In this document: piece after piece, positions 48,552-58,748 of the stretch | How the letters are laid out: each line of letters starts with the position of its first letter | How positions within the stretch are numbered: the stretch's first letter is position 1 | From: a bacterium | Lineage (GTDB): Bacteria > Patescibacteriota > Microgenomatia > Daviesbacterales > UBA10151 | Assembly: GCA_021786315.1 (NCBI GenBank) | Contig: JAJYNN010000002.1 | Location: 270,997 to 334,996 of the forward strand | Length of the DNA: 64,000 nucleotides | Direction of reading: 5' to 3' | Notes under the pieces: model-generated | What the model was told of the DNA's origin: nothing | Databases searched by the model: none | The model's input: only the letters and a program-made list of their open reading frames with translations | Made by a program: the position numbers and the translations under genes

Positions 48552-49820
48552 ATGAAATTTATGGGGCTAATCAGGCCGGTTACAAAAAAGAAAATACTTA
48601 TTTTAATTTTGGTTTTGGCTGTAGGGGGAGTTTTATACTGGAAAACAATTGGGGCAAAGGCTCAAACTCCCCAATATGAATCACAGCAAGTCGCTCGAGG
48701 AACTGTCGTTTCTTCAATTTCTGCTTCCGGCCAGATCACTTCCGGTTCCAGTATGCCAATTACTTCCCAGGCTACAGGAATTGTGAGTAATGTTTATGTT
48801 AAAGATGGTGATACTGTTCAGGCTGGACAGACAATTGCTGATTTGAACTTGGACTTGGCTTCCCAACAGAAGCAAGCAGCTGCTTGGAACTCATACTTAA
48901 CTGCTAAAAATAATTTAAATAGCGCTCAGGCGGATTTGAATTCTTTACAGTCGGCTGAATTTAAGGCTAACCAAAAATTTATTAATGATGCAGCGGATCG
49001 GGATTTAGCAACAGATGACCCAACCTATATTCAGGAAAATGCCGATTGGTTACAAGCGGAAGCGAACTATAAAAACCAACAAGGGGTGATCGACCAATCA
49101 CAGGCGGCGGTAAGTAGCGCTTGGCTAAATTACCAACAGCTATCCTCAAGTATTACTGCCCCGATTGCCGGAACTGTTAGTGGATTGACTGTCGCTCCGG
49201 GGTCAGCTGTTGTTTCTTCCGGTACAGGCAACTCGCAATCTTTAGGAAACGTCTTGGTAAGCGGCCCGTTACAAGCAGTAGTAGATCTTTCTGAGGTTGA
49301 CGTGACTAAAGTAAAGATTGGCCAAAAGGCAACCTTAACCCTTGACGCTTTTCCGGGAAAAACCTTCGCCGGAAAAGTCGCCAGTATTAATACCTCAGGG
49401 GTTGTTTCATCAGGGGTAACAAATTATCCGGTGACAATTTCTTTGGATTCCTCAACTGATGGCATTTACCCCAATATGGCGGTGACTGCCAACATCATCA
49501 CAGATACAAAGTCTGATGTATTGGTAATCCCTTCGGCAGCAATTCAAAATCAGAATGGGCAGAATACAGTCCGGATTTTAAATAACGGTAAAGTAACTGA
49601 TGTTCCGGTTACTACCGGTATTTCTTCTGATACGGAGATTGAGGTGGTTTCCGGACTTAATGAGGGCGACAATGTAGTAACAGGTGTAATTTTATCAGGC
49701 AGCACAAGTTCATCCGGTACAAGATCGGTGTTTTCTGGCGGCGGCTTTGGGGGTATGGGTGGAGGTAATATGAGGTTTACTACAGGAGGGGGGAACCGTG
49801 GTGGTGCTAGGGGAGGTTAA
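48552..49820 (+). CDS. MacA/YknX-like membrane-fusion (adaptor) protein
   Basis: VYVKDGDTVQAGQ, ITAPIAGTV, SEVDVTKVKIGQ. Confidence 0.9.
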   Translation: MKFMGLIRPVTKKKILILILVLAVGGVLYWKTIGAKAQTPQYESQQVARGTVVSSISASGQITSGSSMPITSQATGIVSNVYVKDGDTVQAGQTIADLNLDLASQQKQAAAWNSYLTAKNNLNSAQADLNSLQSAEFKANQKFINDAADRDLATDDPTYIQENADWLQAEANYKNQQGVIDQSQAAVSSAWLNYQQLSSSITAPIAGTVSGLTVAPGSAVVSSGTGNSQSLGNVLVSGPLQAVVDLSEVDVTKVKIGQKATLTLDAFPGKTFAGKVASINTSGVVSSGVTNYPVTISLDSSTDGIYPNMAVTANIITDTKSDVLVIPSAAIQNQNGQNTVRILNNGKVTDVPVTTGISSDTEIEVVSGLNEGDNVVTGVILSGSTSSSGTRSVFSGGGFGGMGGGNMRFTTGGGNRGGARGG

Positions 49821-49822
49821 GG

Positions 49823-50518
49823 ATGATCCAAATAAAGAACGTTTCCAAAGTCTATCGTAACGATACTGTTGAAACTAAAGCCCTCGATGATGTTGCCTTT
49901 GAAATAAAAAAAGGTGAGTTTGTGGCCATAATGGGTCCTTCCGGATCCGGTAAATCCACCTTAATGCATATTTTAGGGGCTTTGGATACTCCTACCTCAG
50001 GTACCTATATTCTGGATGGTGAAGAAGTGGGTAAACTATCTGATGATAAATTAGCCGAAATCAGAAATAAAAAGATAGGGTTTGTCTTTCAGGCTTTTAA
50101 TTTATTGCCCCGGACAACAGCCATGAAAAATGTGATGCTGCCCATGGTTTATGGGGATGTGGCGAAAAGCGAACGTGAGGCGAGGGCAAAGAAATATCTA
50201 GAGATGGTCGGCTTGGGCGACAGGATGCAGCACACATCCAGCCAGCTTTCCGGCGGACAAATGCAGCGGGTAGCCATTGCCAGATCGCTGGTTATGGATC
50301 CGGCAATTATCTTAGCAGATGAACCAACGGGGAATATTGCCTCTAACCAAGCTTCAGAAATTATGGCCATTTTTCAGGATCTGAATGAACAGGGCCATAC
50401 CATTATTATGATTACCCATGAACCGGACATTGCTGAACACGCCAAAAGGATTATCCATATTAAGGACGGAAAGATTGTAAAAGACAGTGATAAGCATTCC
50501 CAGAGGAGAGCAAAGTAA
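49823..50518 (+). CDS. MacB/LolD-type ABC ATPase
   Basis: [27 protein letters not shown]. Confidence 0.95.
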   Translation: MIQIKNVSKVYRNDTVETKALDDVAFEIKKGEFVAIMGPSGSGKSTLMHILGALDTPTSGTYILDGEEVGKLSDDKLAEIRNKKIGFVFQAFNLLPRTTAMKNVMLPMVYGDVAKSEREARAKKYLEMVGLGDRMQHTSSQLSGGQMQRVAIARSLVMDPAIILADEPTGNIASNQASEIMAIFQDLNEQGHTIIMITHEPDIAEHAKRIIHIKDGKIVKDSDKHSQRRAK

Positions 50519-51741
50519 TGGAATTTGGTGAAATCCTTTCTGAAGCCTTAACTGCCTTAACCATTAATAAAATGCGGACAGGGTTGGCGACTTTGGGAAT
50601 TATTATTGGTATCGGAGCGGTGATTGCCTTAATTTCTTTAGGCCAGTCCGGCCAAAAAGCGGTAGAGTCACAGATCCAGTCTTTAGGCTCAAATTTATTA
50701 ACAGTTATCCCAGGATCACCAAACAGTGGCGGTATCAGGCAGGCTGCCGGAGGATTAACTACTTTAACATACGATGATGCCAAGGCGATTACCACTTCGG
50801 CGACGGTTACCGATGTCGCCAATGTTTCGGCGGAACTTTCCCGGAGGGCACAAGTTACTTCAGGAAAAAATAACACAAACACCCAAATTATCGGAGTAAC
50901 ACCCAGCTATCTTACAGTTCATAACTTATCTATGCAGTCAGGGTCCTTTATTATCCAGAGAGATGTAGATTCTTTAGGGAAGGTGGTGGTTATCGGACCG
51001 CAAGTGGTTAGCGACCTGTTTGGTGACGGATCAAACCCTATTGGCCAGACGATCAGGGTAAACAAATTAGCCCTAAAAGTTATTGGGGTAACGGCTTCTA
51101 AAGGGGGAAGCGGTTTTATGAACCAGGATGATATGGTTTTTGTGCCTTTAACCACGGCCCAAAAACAGCTTTTTGGAGTCGATTACTTAAGCGCAATTTC
51201 TATCCAAGCCAAAAGCGACAAGGTTATGACTGATGCCCAGGACCAAGTGGGTTATCTTTTATTAAGCCGCCACAAAATTGGGAATCCGGCCCAAGCTGAC
51301 TTTTCCATTCTTTCCCAGCAAGACATTATGGGAGCTGCCTCTTCTATCACCGGAACATTTACTGCTCTTTTGTCCGGAATTGCGGCGATTTCTTTAGTGG
51401 TTGGAGGGATTGGGATTATGAACATTATGTTAGTGACTGTGGTAGAGCGGACACGGGAAATTGGTTTAAGAAAAGCACTGGGAGCCAAAAAGAAAAGCGT
51501 TATCCAGCAATTTTTGGTGGAATCAATTATTTTGACTATGTTGGGTGGAGTTTTGGGGATGGTTTTGGGGATGGTCCTTTCTGTTGCAGTCTCTAAAATT
51601 ATTAATTTGCCTTTTGTAATTTCCTTCCAAGCTATTGCCCTGGCTATTGGGGTTTCAGGCGGAATTGGAATTTTATTTGGCTGGTATCCGGCCAGAAAAG
51701 CCTCGAATTTAAGTCCGATTGAAGCCTTAAGATATGAGTAA
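50518..51741 (+). CDS. MacB/FtsX-type ABC permease
   Basis: GGIGIMNIMLVTVVERTREIGLRKALGA, PIEALRYE. Confidence 0.95.
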   Translation: MEFGEILSEALTALTINKMRTGLATLGIIIGIGAVIALISLGQSGQKAVESQIQSLGSNLLTVIPGSPNSGGIRQAAGGLTTLTYDDAKAITTSATVTDVANVSAELSRRAQVTSGKNNTNTQIIGVTPSYLTVHNLSMQSGSFIIQRDVDSLGKVVVIGPQVVSDLFGDGSNPIGQTIRVNKLALKVIGVTASKGGSGFMNQDDMVFVPLTTAQKQLFGVDYLSAISIQAKSDKVMTDAQDQVGYLLLSRHKIGNPAQADFSILSQQDIMGAASSITGTFTALLSGIAAISLVVGGIGIMNIMLVTVVERTREIGLRKALGAKKKSVIQQFLVESIILTMLGGVLGMVLGMVLSVAVSKIINLPFVISFQAIALAIGVSGGIGILFGWYPARKASNLSPIEALRYE

Positions 51742-51778
51742 ATTAATTATTGGGATTCTCTGAGGGGAGGTGATTTTT

Positions 51779-52180
51779 ATAAATAAAGCATTACCTATTG
51801 TTGCTGTGGGGATAGTGGCGCTTGCCGGAGGATTTTTTGGTGGGATGAAATACCAGCAAACTAAAACTCCTGCAGCTGCCGGATACAGAATAAGACAATT
51901 TCAGGGAAGAATGGAACAAAATTTCCGCCCGGTTAATGGTGACATCATCAGCCAAGATGACAAAAGCATCACCGTTAAACTTAACGACGGAAGCAGTAAG
52001 ATAGTCCTACTTTCCGATAAAACTTCCATCAATGAAGCAACCCAAGCCGCCAAAACTGATTTGCAGGTTGGTAAAAAGGTGGCAGTTTTTGGAAGTGAGA
52101 ATTCTGACGGAAGTGTGACAGCCCAAAGCATACAATTAAATCCAACCGTAAGAATGTTTGGCCAAGGTCAGGGCGGGTAG
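51779..52180 (+). CDS. Membrane-anchored DUF5666-like protein
   Basis: GFFGGMKY, GDIISQDDKSITV, DGSVTAQSIQ; start uncertain (track GTG 51770 lies inside the SD). Confidence 0.75.
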   Translation: MNKALPIVAVGIVALAGGFFGGMKYQQTKTPAAAGYRIRQFQGRMEQNFRPVNGDIISQDDKSITVKLNDGSSKIVLLSDKTSINEATQAAKTDLQVGKKVAVFGSENSDGSVTAQSIQLNPTVRMFGQGQGG

Positions 52181-52187
52181 TTTCAGG

Positions 52188-53213
52188 ATGAAGAAATTTT
52201 TGTGGCTAGGTATAATTTTGTTACTTCTTGTGGCGGGAGCAGGCTTTTATCTGGAAAGCTCCCGCCCAAAAATTTTGCCTCCGGTTTTAACCCCCACCCG
52301 CACAAAAGAGAACAACCCTCTAAATATCCAGGCGATGAGGGAAAAATCCTATCCGGGAAGTGATATTAAAATTGAGGAGACATTGGCTGACGGGGAAAAT
52401 TACCATCAGTATATTGCCTCATACCAATCCGATGGATTAAAAATTTTTGGGCTATTAACTGTACCTATGGGTGAAAAACCGGCCAATGGTTGGCCGGCAA
52501 TTATTTTTAACCATGGCTATATTCCGCCTGCCCAGTACCGGACAACGGAGAGGTATGTAGCTTATGTTGATGCCTTTGCCAGAAACGGTTATGTGGTTTT
52601 TAAATCAGACTACCGGGGGAACGGTAATTCTGAAGGCCAGCCTGAAGGAGCATACTATTCCCCGGCGTATACTGTTGATGTTTTAAATGCCTTAGCATCC
52701 GTTAAAAAATATCCCGGAGTGGATCCAAATAAAATTGGAATGTGGGGACACTCAATGGGAGGAAATATAACTTTAAGGAGTTTGGTCATTTCTCCGGATA
52801 TTAAGGCGGCAGTGATTTGGGGTGGAGTTGTGGGGACCTATGATGATTTAATGAATAACTGGCAAAGGAGGGTAAGCTACCAGCCGCCGCCTAATGAGTT
52901 AGCCAACAGAAACAGGAACAGGCAAACTTTAATCCAAAAATACGGAACACCTGCCCAAAACCCTGACTTTTGGCATTCCATTGACCCTAATTTTAACTTG
53001 CAATATGTTACTGCTCCGGTGCAGCTCCATGCAGGACTTGCTGACGAGGAAGTGCCTTGGCAGTTTTCCCAGGGGTTGGATGAAAGACTGAAGCAGGCCG
53101 GGAAGACGGCGGAGTTTTATACCTATCCCGGGGCAGATCACAATATTTCTGGACCCAGTTTTGACCTGGCCATGCAAAGGTCAATAGAATTTTTCGACAA
53201 GTACTTAAAATGA
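52188..53213 (+). CDS. Exported alpha/beta hydrolase (S9 peptidase-like)
   Basis: NHGY, DYRG, GHSMGG, D..H catalytic triad. Confidence 0.9.
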   Translation: MKKFLWLGIILLLLVAGAGFYLESSRPKILPPVLTPTRTKENNPLNIQAMREKSYPGSDIKIEETLADGENYHQYIASYQSDGLKIFGLLTVPMGEKPANGWPAIIFNHGYIPPAQYRTTERYVAYVDAFARNGYVVFKSDYRGNGNSEGQPEGAYYSPAYTVDVLNALASVKKYPGVDPNKIGMWGHSMGGNITLRSLVISPDIKAAVIWGGVVGTYDDLMNNWQRRVSYQPPPNELANRNRNRQTLIQKYGTPAQNPDFWHSIDPNFNLQYVTAPVQLHAGLADEEVPWQFSQGLDERLKQAGKTAEFYTYPGADHNISGPSFDLAMQRSIEFFDKYLK

Positions 53214-53240
53214 CCTGTTTGTGTTAGAATTTTTCAAGAG

Positions 53241-53663
53241 ATGTTCAAGTGGATCCAAAGAAACATTATGTATATTGCTTTAGCCCAGGCTTTAGCTGCA
53301 ACTTTAGGCAGTCTCTATTTTAGTGAAATAAAGCATTACACTCCCTGTGTCCTTTGCTGGTACCAACGGATTTTGATGTACCCCCTGGTTTTAATAATAA
53401 CCGTGGGAATTTTAAGAAAAGACAAAAAACTTTACCAATACGTTTTTCCACTCTCAATCCTCGGTTGGTTTATTGCCTTGTACCACAATTTACTCCAATG
53501 GAGGATCTTGCCGGAAGCTGTCGCTCCCTGTACTTTAAGCGGGACCTGCACCGTTCGTTATACCGGCTACTTTGGTTTCATTACCATCCCCCTGATGTCA
53601 CTTACAGCCTTTACAGTGATTAATGTTTGCATGTATATTATGGCAAAGGGGAAGAAGAAATGA
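53241..53663 (+). CDS. bdbC: Disulfide bond formation protein DsbB/BdbC
   Basis: GSLYFSE, PCVLCWYQRILMYP, second Cys pair. Confidence 0.9.
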   Translation: MFKWIQRNIMYIALAQALAATLGSLYFSEIKHYTPCVLCWYQRILMYPLVLIITVGILRKDKKLYQYVFPLSILGWFIALYHNLLQWRILPEAVAPCTLSGTCTVRYTGYFGFITIPLMSLTAFTVINVCMYIMAKGKKK

Positions 53664-54340
53664 CCCAGGAAGTAAAAACTTTATTAATTATTGGAGTAGT
53701 GACATTGGTTTTAGTTGTGGGGGGCATCTTTCTATTAGGTCGGGGAGGCAGCTCATCTTCCGAGATCAATACTCCTATTGATACTAAACTTTTGGTCCGG
53801 GCAGACAGTGACAAGATTGCCACTGATTCAGCAAAAGTCACAGTTGTTGAATTTGGTGATTTTGAGTGCCCGGCTTGCGGGGCAGCCCAACCGGTCACCA
53901 AACAGGTTATTGATGACTACAAGGGAAAGATTGACTATGTTTTCCGTAATTTCCCCTTACCTCAACATGACAAGGCTTTGATTGCAGCTGAGGCAGCGGA
54001 AGCGGCCGGAGCTCAGGGAAAGTATTGGGAGATGCACGATAAGTTATATGAAACTCAAGATACTTGGTCTGTGGCGGATAAGCCTTTGGATTTGTTTGTC
54101 CAATATGCCCAAAGCTTTGGTCTGGATGTAAATAAATTCAGGGATGATGTAACTAATAATAAATATCAAGCTAAAATTACCCAGGATTTTCAGGACGGAA
54201 CGGCTGTTGGGATCCGCGCCACTCCGACATTCTTTATTGCCAAAAATGTTAACGGAGGATTAAGTAACCCGCAAAAGCTTGAAGGAGTACCTACCTACGA
54301 GCAGATAAAGGCCTTAATAGACTCCAAACTTACCAATTAA
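53660..54340 (+). CDS. DsbA/BdbD-family thioredoxin-fold oxidoreductase
   Basis: EFGDFECPAC, RNFPL, ATPTFF. Confidence 0.9.
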   Translation: MTQEVKTLLIIGVVTLVLVVGGIFLLGRGGSSSSEINTPIDTKLLVRADSDKIATDSAKVTVVEFGDFECPACGAAQPVTKQVIDDYKGKIDYVFRNFPLPQHDKALIAAEAAEAAGAQGKYWEMHDKLYETQDTWSVADKPLDLFVQYAQSFGLDVNKFRDDVTNNKYQAKITQDFQDGTAVGIRATPTFFIAKNVNGGLSNPQKLEGVPTYEQIKALIDSKLTN

Positions 54341-54936
54341 TATGATTTTTCCGGGTTTGAAACTTGGCCTTCAGGGGTAATATTTCTTTCGGGCATGATC
54401 AGTCTTAAGAGTTCCCTTCTTTTATCAATGAGTTGGGTCTCATCATTAAAATCTACGAATTTTTGTAAGTTAACCAATGATCGCGGGCCAAAGATATCGA
54501 GATGAATCGCTCCATTCCGCCTGGGGTTACTTAAGGATTCTGTGATTCCGTCGAGATCTTCAAAAGGGTGGTCAAACATCCAGTTGCCGCCTTCGTCTTT
54601 AAGTGACATGGCAAATTGGCAGGCCTGCAACTCTTCTGAATTGGCAAAGCGGAATAAAGCTCTGACGTAAAACTTGGCTGCTTCTGATAAGCCTTTTCTG
54701 GTCATCTCTTCTTCCAGCTCTGTTCCTGTATAAGATTCCCGTTCCGGATAGGCAAAGACCTCATTGTTGGTAAAAGGTTCTCCGCTGACCTCGACTTTAG
54801 GAATTGTCAGCCTTCCCAGCGTATTTCCCGGGTATTCATGGCTGGCATAGACCTTAATAATTCTTCCTCCGTGAGGGATGCCTTTTTCTTCCAGGCTTTT
54901 GATAAACTCTGACCAGTCGCTAAAGTGCAAAAACAT
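54337..54936 (-). CDS. Hypothetical protein
   Basis: TATAAT 7 nt before ATG; no motif recognised. Confidence 0.6.
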   Translation of the reverse strand: MFLHFSDWSEFIKSLEEKGIPHGGRIIKVYASHEYPGNTLGRLTIPKVEVSGEPFTNNEVFAYPERESYTGTELEEEMTRKGLSEAAKFYVRALFRFANSEELQACQFAMSLKDEGGNWMFDHPFEDLDGITESLSNPRRNGAIHLDIFGPRSLVNLQKFVDFNDETQLIDKRRELLRLIMPERNITPEGQVSNPEKSY

Positions 54937-54995
54937 GGTTTAAATTATACCTTTTTACCTTAAATAATGCGAGAATAGGGTAGGAGGTGATTGCT

Positions 54996-55262
54996 TTGAA
55001 TGGTGATAAAAACCAGGGGTTGGAGGTCAGTGTGAATCCTGATACAACCCCGGTAGTCTATACGGATAACGTCCAAATGGTGGCCAATGAAGATGGGGTG
55101 GTTTTGGATATTGGCCAAAGGCTGGGGGCGACAAACCAAATCAGGATAGTGTCCCGGGTGGGAATGAGCAGGGAACATGCTAAAAAGTTAATTAAGGCTT
55201 TAAGTGATGTCTTGGATTCCACTAGTGGACAAAGCCAAACGGGGAAAGTAGCTAGGGCTTAA
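54996..55262 (+). CDS. DUF3467-like protein
   Basis: YTDNV..VVLD..IVSRVGMSREHAKKL; TTG start 5 nt after AGGAGGTGA. Confidence 0.75.
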   Translation: MNGDKNQGLEVSVNPDTTPVVYTDNVQMVANEDGVVLDIGQRLGATNQIRIVSRVGMSREHAKKLIKALSDVLDSTSGQSQTGKVARA

Positions 55263-55263
55263 A

Positions 55264-55554
55264 TTATTCTAAACCTACGGAATCAATTTTGGGGAAGAGG
55301 GTTTTAACTTCAGCATGGAATTTATCAGCTAAGGAATTAGTAAACTTTCCATAACCGCTGCTTTCAGAGTGTGAACAGAGCATGTTCTCGTATCTTCTGA
55401 TGATATCCAAAACATCCTGCCCGGTTCCGTTAAATTGGGCTTTATAAGTTTTTGGGTCTTTGACAAAGTTGTCATGGACCTCACGAAACTCGTCGAACAA
55501 TTTCTTGTTTTGTTTGAGCATCATCTCAAATGTTTCCCTGTACTTTACTGACAT
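55264..55554 (-). CDS. Hypothetical protein
   Basis: TAAAAT 6 nt before ATG; helical protein. Confidence 0.7.
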   Translation of the reverse strand: MSVKYRETFEMMLKQNKKLFDEFREVHDNFVKDPKTYKAQFNGTGQDVLDIIRRYENMLCSHSESSGYGKFTNSLADKFHAEVKTLFPKIDSVGLE

Positions 55555-55634
55555 AAAAATATTTTACCATTTCTTTCTTAAGTCTTACTCTGCTTTGTGA
55601 GATCTCAGAAGGTGCTCGGTTAAGATGAACTTGG

Positions 55635-56054
55635 ATGAAAAAGGATAACCTGGGGAAGAGGTATCTGGTGATTTTGGCGGACAGGGAAAAGGTCAGGTTT
55701 TTTACAATCTACCTGGGCCATTTTGAGGGTGAAGTGGAAGAAATTGATATAGAGGATGTACCCCAAAAGGTAAAGTCAGAAGGATACAGGCCGGGAAAGG
55801 TCCAACGCCATATTGCCGATCATTTAAAGCATCATTTGAAAAACGTCGGGAAGGAAGCCTGGCAATATGTAGTCAAAAAAAGGATTAAGCAGCTGGATGG
55901 GGTTTTCTTAGGAACCCATAAATCACTATTTGGGGATTTAAAAAATAACCTGCCCGCTAAATTAAAACACAAAGTTTTGGGAGAATTTGTTATGGAACCA
56001 AATAATGCCGTGGGGGATATCGCCAACACAATTATTTCCAAATTTAACCTCTAA
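55635..56054 (+). CDS. baeRF/host-attachment-like protein (eRF1 domain-2 fold)
   Basis: LVILADREKVRFF..HLKNV..LDGVFLG pattern. Confidence 0.6.
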   Translation: MKKDNLGKRYLVILADREKVRFFTIYLGHFEGEVEEIDIEDVPQKVKSEGYRPGKVQRHIADHLKHHLKNVGKEAWQYVVKKRIKQLDGVFLGTHKSLFGDLKNNLPAKLKHKVLGEFVMEPNNAVGDIANTIISKFNL

Positions 56055-56108
56055 TTTCTGGATTGACAGCTGGTAAGGGTTTATATACACTGCTTCGGGA
56101 GATTTTTT

Positions 56109-57419
56109 GTGGCTAAAGAAATTGCAGCAGCTAAAAACTATTTTCGTGGTGTTGTCTTAATAACAGATATTCTCTGGGGAGATGGCGGTAAGGGTAAGAT
56201 TGCGGATTTGGGAGCCCAATATTCTGATGTTGTTGTCAAAACCAATGGTGGCGCCAACGCTGGGCATACAGTTTGTAATGAACACGGGCATTTCCCCCTA
56301 CACTTAGTGCCTTCCGGAATCTTTAACCCCAGAGCGTTGTGTGTTGTTGGTTCCGGTGTGGCTGTTGACCCAATCCAATTTACCCGGGAATATACGGGAC
56401 TTTTGAATTCCGGTATTCCTTTGGCTCAGTGTTTATTGGCTGAGGATGCCCACATGGTTATGCCCTGGCACAAATTACGGGATAATTTAAAGGAAAAAGC
56501 TTTGGGGAATAAGGAAATCGGCACTACCGGGCAAGGAATTGGCCCGGCATATGCTGACAGGACAAACCGGGAAGGGTTAAGGTTAAAGGACCTAAAAAGC
56601 CCGGATTTTGAGCGGTCGTTTTTGTCCACCTTGGCTTACCAGCAAAGGCTGATCCGGGCAATGGATCCGGAGATTGTTGAAGATTATTTCGATCCGGATA
56701 AGATTTTGGGGGATTTGCGTTTAGCCCGGGAAATTTTACCCCCGATAATTGCCGATACCCGGACGATTTTAGGCAGGATGAATGACGAGGGGAGAGATAT
56801 TTTAGGTGAGGCCGGACAGGGAGCGCTTTTGGATAAAGATATGGGAGGTTACCCTTATGTTACCTCCAGCCACCCGGGGGTAATTGGCTTCTGGATTTCT
56901 ACAGGTTTTAGGCCTAACCAGGTAACTGGTGTCGCTAAGGCATATGCCACCAGGGTAGGAAAGGGGCCGATGCCGACAGAACAAAATAATGGTATGGGCC
57001 ATCACTTACAGGAAGTGGGGCAGGAAGTTGGGGTTACCAGCGGGAGGGTCCGCCGGTGTGGATGGTTTGATGCAGTAGCGGCAGAATATGGGGTGAGAGC
57101 GGCAGGAGTGACAAGACTTGCCTTAACCAAGCTGGACGTTTTGGATGGGGTAGACCAAATTAAAGTATGTGTTGGATACCGGGTGGATGACCAAGTCTGG
57201 AAGAAAATATATCATGCAGATGCGGAGTTTATGGAAAAGGCTGAGCCAGTGTATGAGACCTTACCCGGCTGGTCCAGGTCAACCAAAGAAGTCCGGCGTT
57301 TTCAGGATTTACCCGAAAATGCTCGGGGTTACGTCAGAAAAATTGAGAGTTTAGTTGATCTTCCAATAGATATTGTCTCTGTTGGGCCAGACCGTGAGGC
57401 AACCATCTTCCGGGATTAA
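56109..57419 (+). CDS. purA: Adenylosuccinate synthetase (divergent)
   Basis: WGDGGKGK, NAGHT, IGTTGQGIGPAYAD, YPYVTSS, TSGRVRRCGWFD, LTKLDVL. Confidence 0.92.
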   Translation: MAKEIAAAKNYFRGVVLITDILWGDGGKGKIADLGAQYSDVVVKTNGGANAGHTVCNEHGHFPLHLVPSGIFNPRALCVVGSGVAVDPIQFTREYTGLLNSGIPLAQCLLAEDAHMVMPWHKLRDNLKEKALGNKEIGTTGQGIGPAYADRTNREGLRLKDLKSPDFERSFLSTLAYQQRLIRAMDPEIVEDYFDPDKILGDLRLAREILPPIIADTRTILGRMNDEGRDILGEAGQGALLDKDMGGYPYVTSSHPGVIGFWISTGFRPNQVTGVAKAYATRVGKGPMPTEQNNGMGHHLQEVGQEVGVTSGRVRRCGWFDAVAAEYGVRAAGVTRLALTKLDVLDGVDQIKVCVGYRVDDQVWKKIYHADAEFMEKAEPVYETLPGWSRSTKEVRRFQDLPENARGYVRKIESLVDLPIDIVSVGPDREATIFRD

Positions 57420-57420
57420 T

Positions 57421-58677
57421 TCATTTACCAAGGGTGAATTTGTCTTCAATCATCTGCCAGAGGTTGGGGTATTGTTTGTCGTAACCTAAAGTCCAAATGG
57501 CAACCCCAGCTAAATCCAAGTTCTTTGCGTAATCATATTTAATACCGATGGATTTATCATCTTCCAGCCAAACCTGGTGGTTAACATCTGTTTCTGGGTC
57601 AGTGTACCAGCACCATGTAGCTTCTGCATCAGGGTCCCATTGGCATTGGTCAGGTTTCAACTGGTCAAAGCTTTGGGCCCGGCCGTAAGAAATAATTGCC
57701 GGGTAGCCATTAGCGTCGTTTCCTTCCAGGGTTTTGCTTTGTAGAGTTTTACCATTTTCCACTGGGTAGTCCCAGCCGTAATAAGGGACACCTAAAACCA
57801 ATTTTTCCTTGGGGACAAATTTTAAGTAATCATCCAAAGAGGTGGTGACGTCAAAAATATACTTCTTGTCGGAAAAACCTTTCATGGGGGCGACTGGTCC
57901 GGCGATATCCGAGGTGCTGGAATAAAAGTCATAGGACATAATAATGACCCGGTCAAAAAGTGGTGCCAGTTTGGCGATATCAAAAAGGCGGGGCTTGCGG
58001 ACGGAAAGGGGATACATATCAATACTCATCTCAGTTTTTGGCGACTCCCTCTTAAATTTGGCGGTTAGGTTTTGGTTAAATTCCACAAATTTTTGCCTTA
58101 GACTTTCCTCCGGCTCTCCGTCGTATTCAAAATCAATATTGATTCCGTCCAGGTGTTTATTGGAAACTTCTGCCAGAAGGTTGTCAATAAGAGTTGTTTG
58201 GGCGCTGGGGTTGTTTAAAAAAGTCTCCAGGTCTTTATTTTTTTGCATAGCCACTGTCACGGAAACTTTGCCGCCGCGGATTTGGGTTTGGGTAATCAGG
58301 TCTTTGACTGTCGGGCTGTTCCACCATCTCCAGCCGGGGTCGGTCTCGTTCTTGACGATTTTGATAAAATTTCCATCGGCGCCTGCCGTCAAGCTAAAAT
58401 AAATGACCTCGGAAACCAAATCGTACCGCAGGTATTTGGTGTCATCCATCCGCCAGTAAGGTAAAAAACCGATCACCTCCTTGGTCATTTGGGCATGAGG
58501 GTGGTTAAAGCTGGTAATAAGATAAGTGGAGGAATCAAACGGGGAGGCAACAGGGTATTTATAGTGCAGATAAGCCAGTAAACTTACAACTACAAGTACG
58601 AGGGGCAGGAAAATAAAAAGCAGAGGTTTTTTAAACCTGGCCAATAAGGTTTTTTTGGGAGAAATTTCTTCGTCCAT
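57421..58677 (-). CDS. Membrane-anchored glycoside hydrolase family 18
   Basis: DGINIDFE, IMSYDF, LGVPYYG, GVAIWTLG. Confidence 0.9.
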   Translation of the reverse strand: MDEEISPKKTLLARFKKPLLFIFLPLVLVVVSLLAYLHYKYPVASPFDSSTYLITSFNHPHAQMTKEVIGFLPYWRMDDTKYLRYDLVSEVIYFSLTAGADGNFIKIVKNETDPGWRWWNSPTVKDLITQTQIRGGKVSVTVAMQKNKDLETFLNNPSAQTTLIDNLLAEVSNKHLDGINIDFEYDGEPEESLRQKFVEFNQNLTAKFKRESPKTEMSIDMYPLSVRKPRLFDIAKLAPLFDRVIIMSYDFYSSTSDIAGPVAPMKGFSDKKYIFDVTTSLDDYLKFVPKEKLVLGVPYYGWDYPVENGKTLQSKTLEGNDANGYPAIISYGRAQSFDQLKPDQCQWDPDAEATWCWYTDPETDVNHQVWLEDDKSIGIKYDYAKNLDLAGVAIWTLGYDKQYPNLWQMIEDKFTLGK

Positions 58678-58748
58678 TCTCTAATGATACACCATTTAAC
58701 ACGCTGATCTTGCCTGGCTCGTGCCTGGTGTGACATAATTGATAGCAG

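Noticed and set aside
56109-57419. PurZ (2-aminoadenine pathway) instead of PurA
   Set aside because: The catalytic Asp is retained (GDGGKGK) whereas PurZ has Ser there; no phage context.
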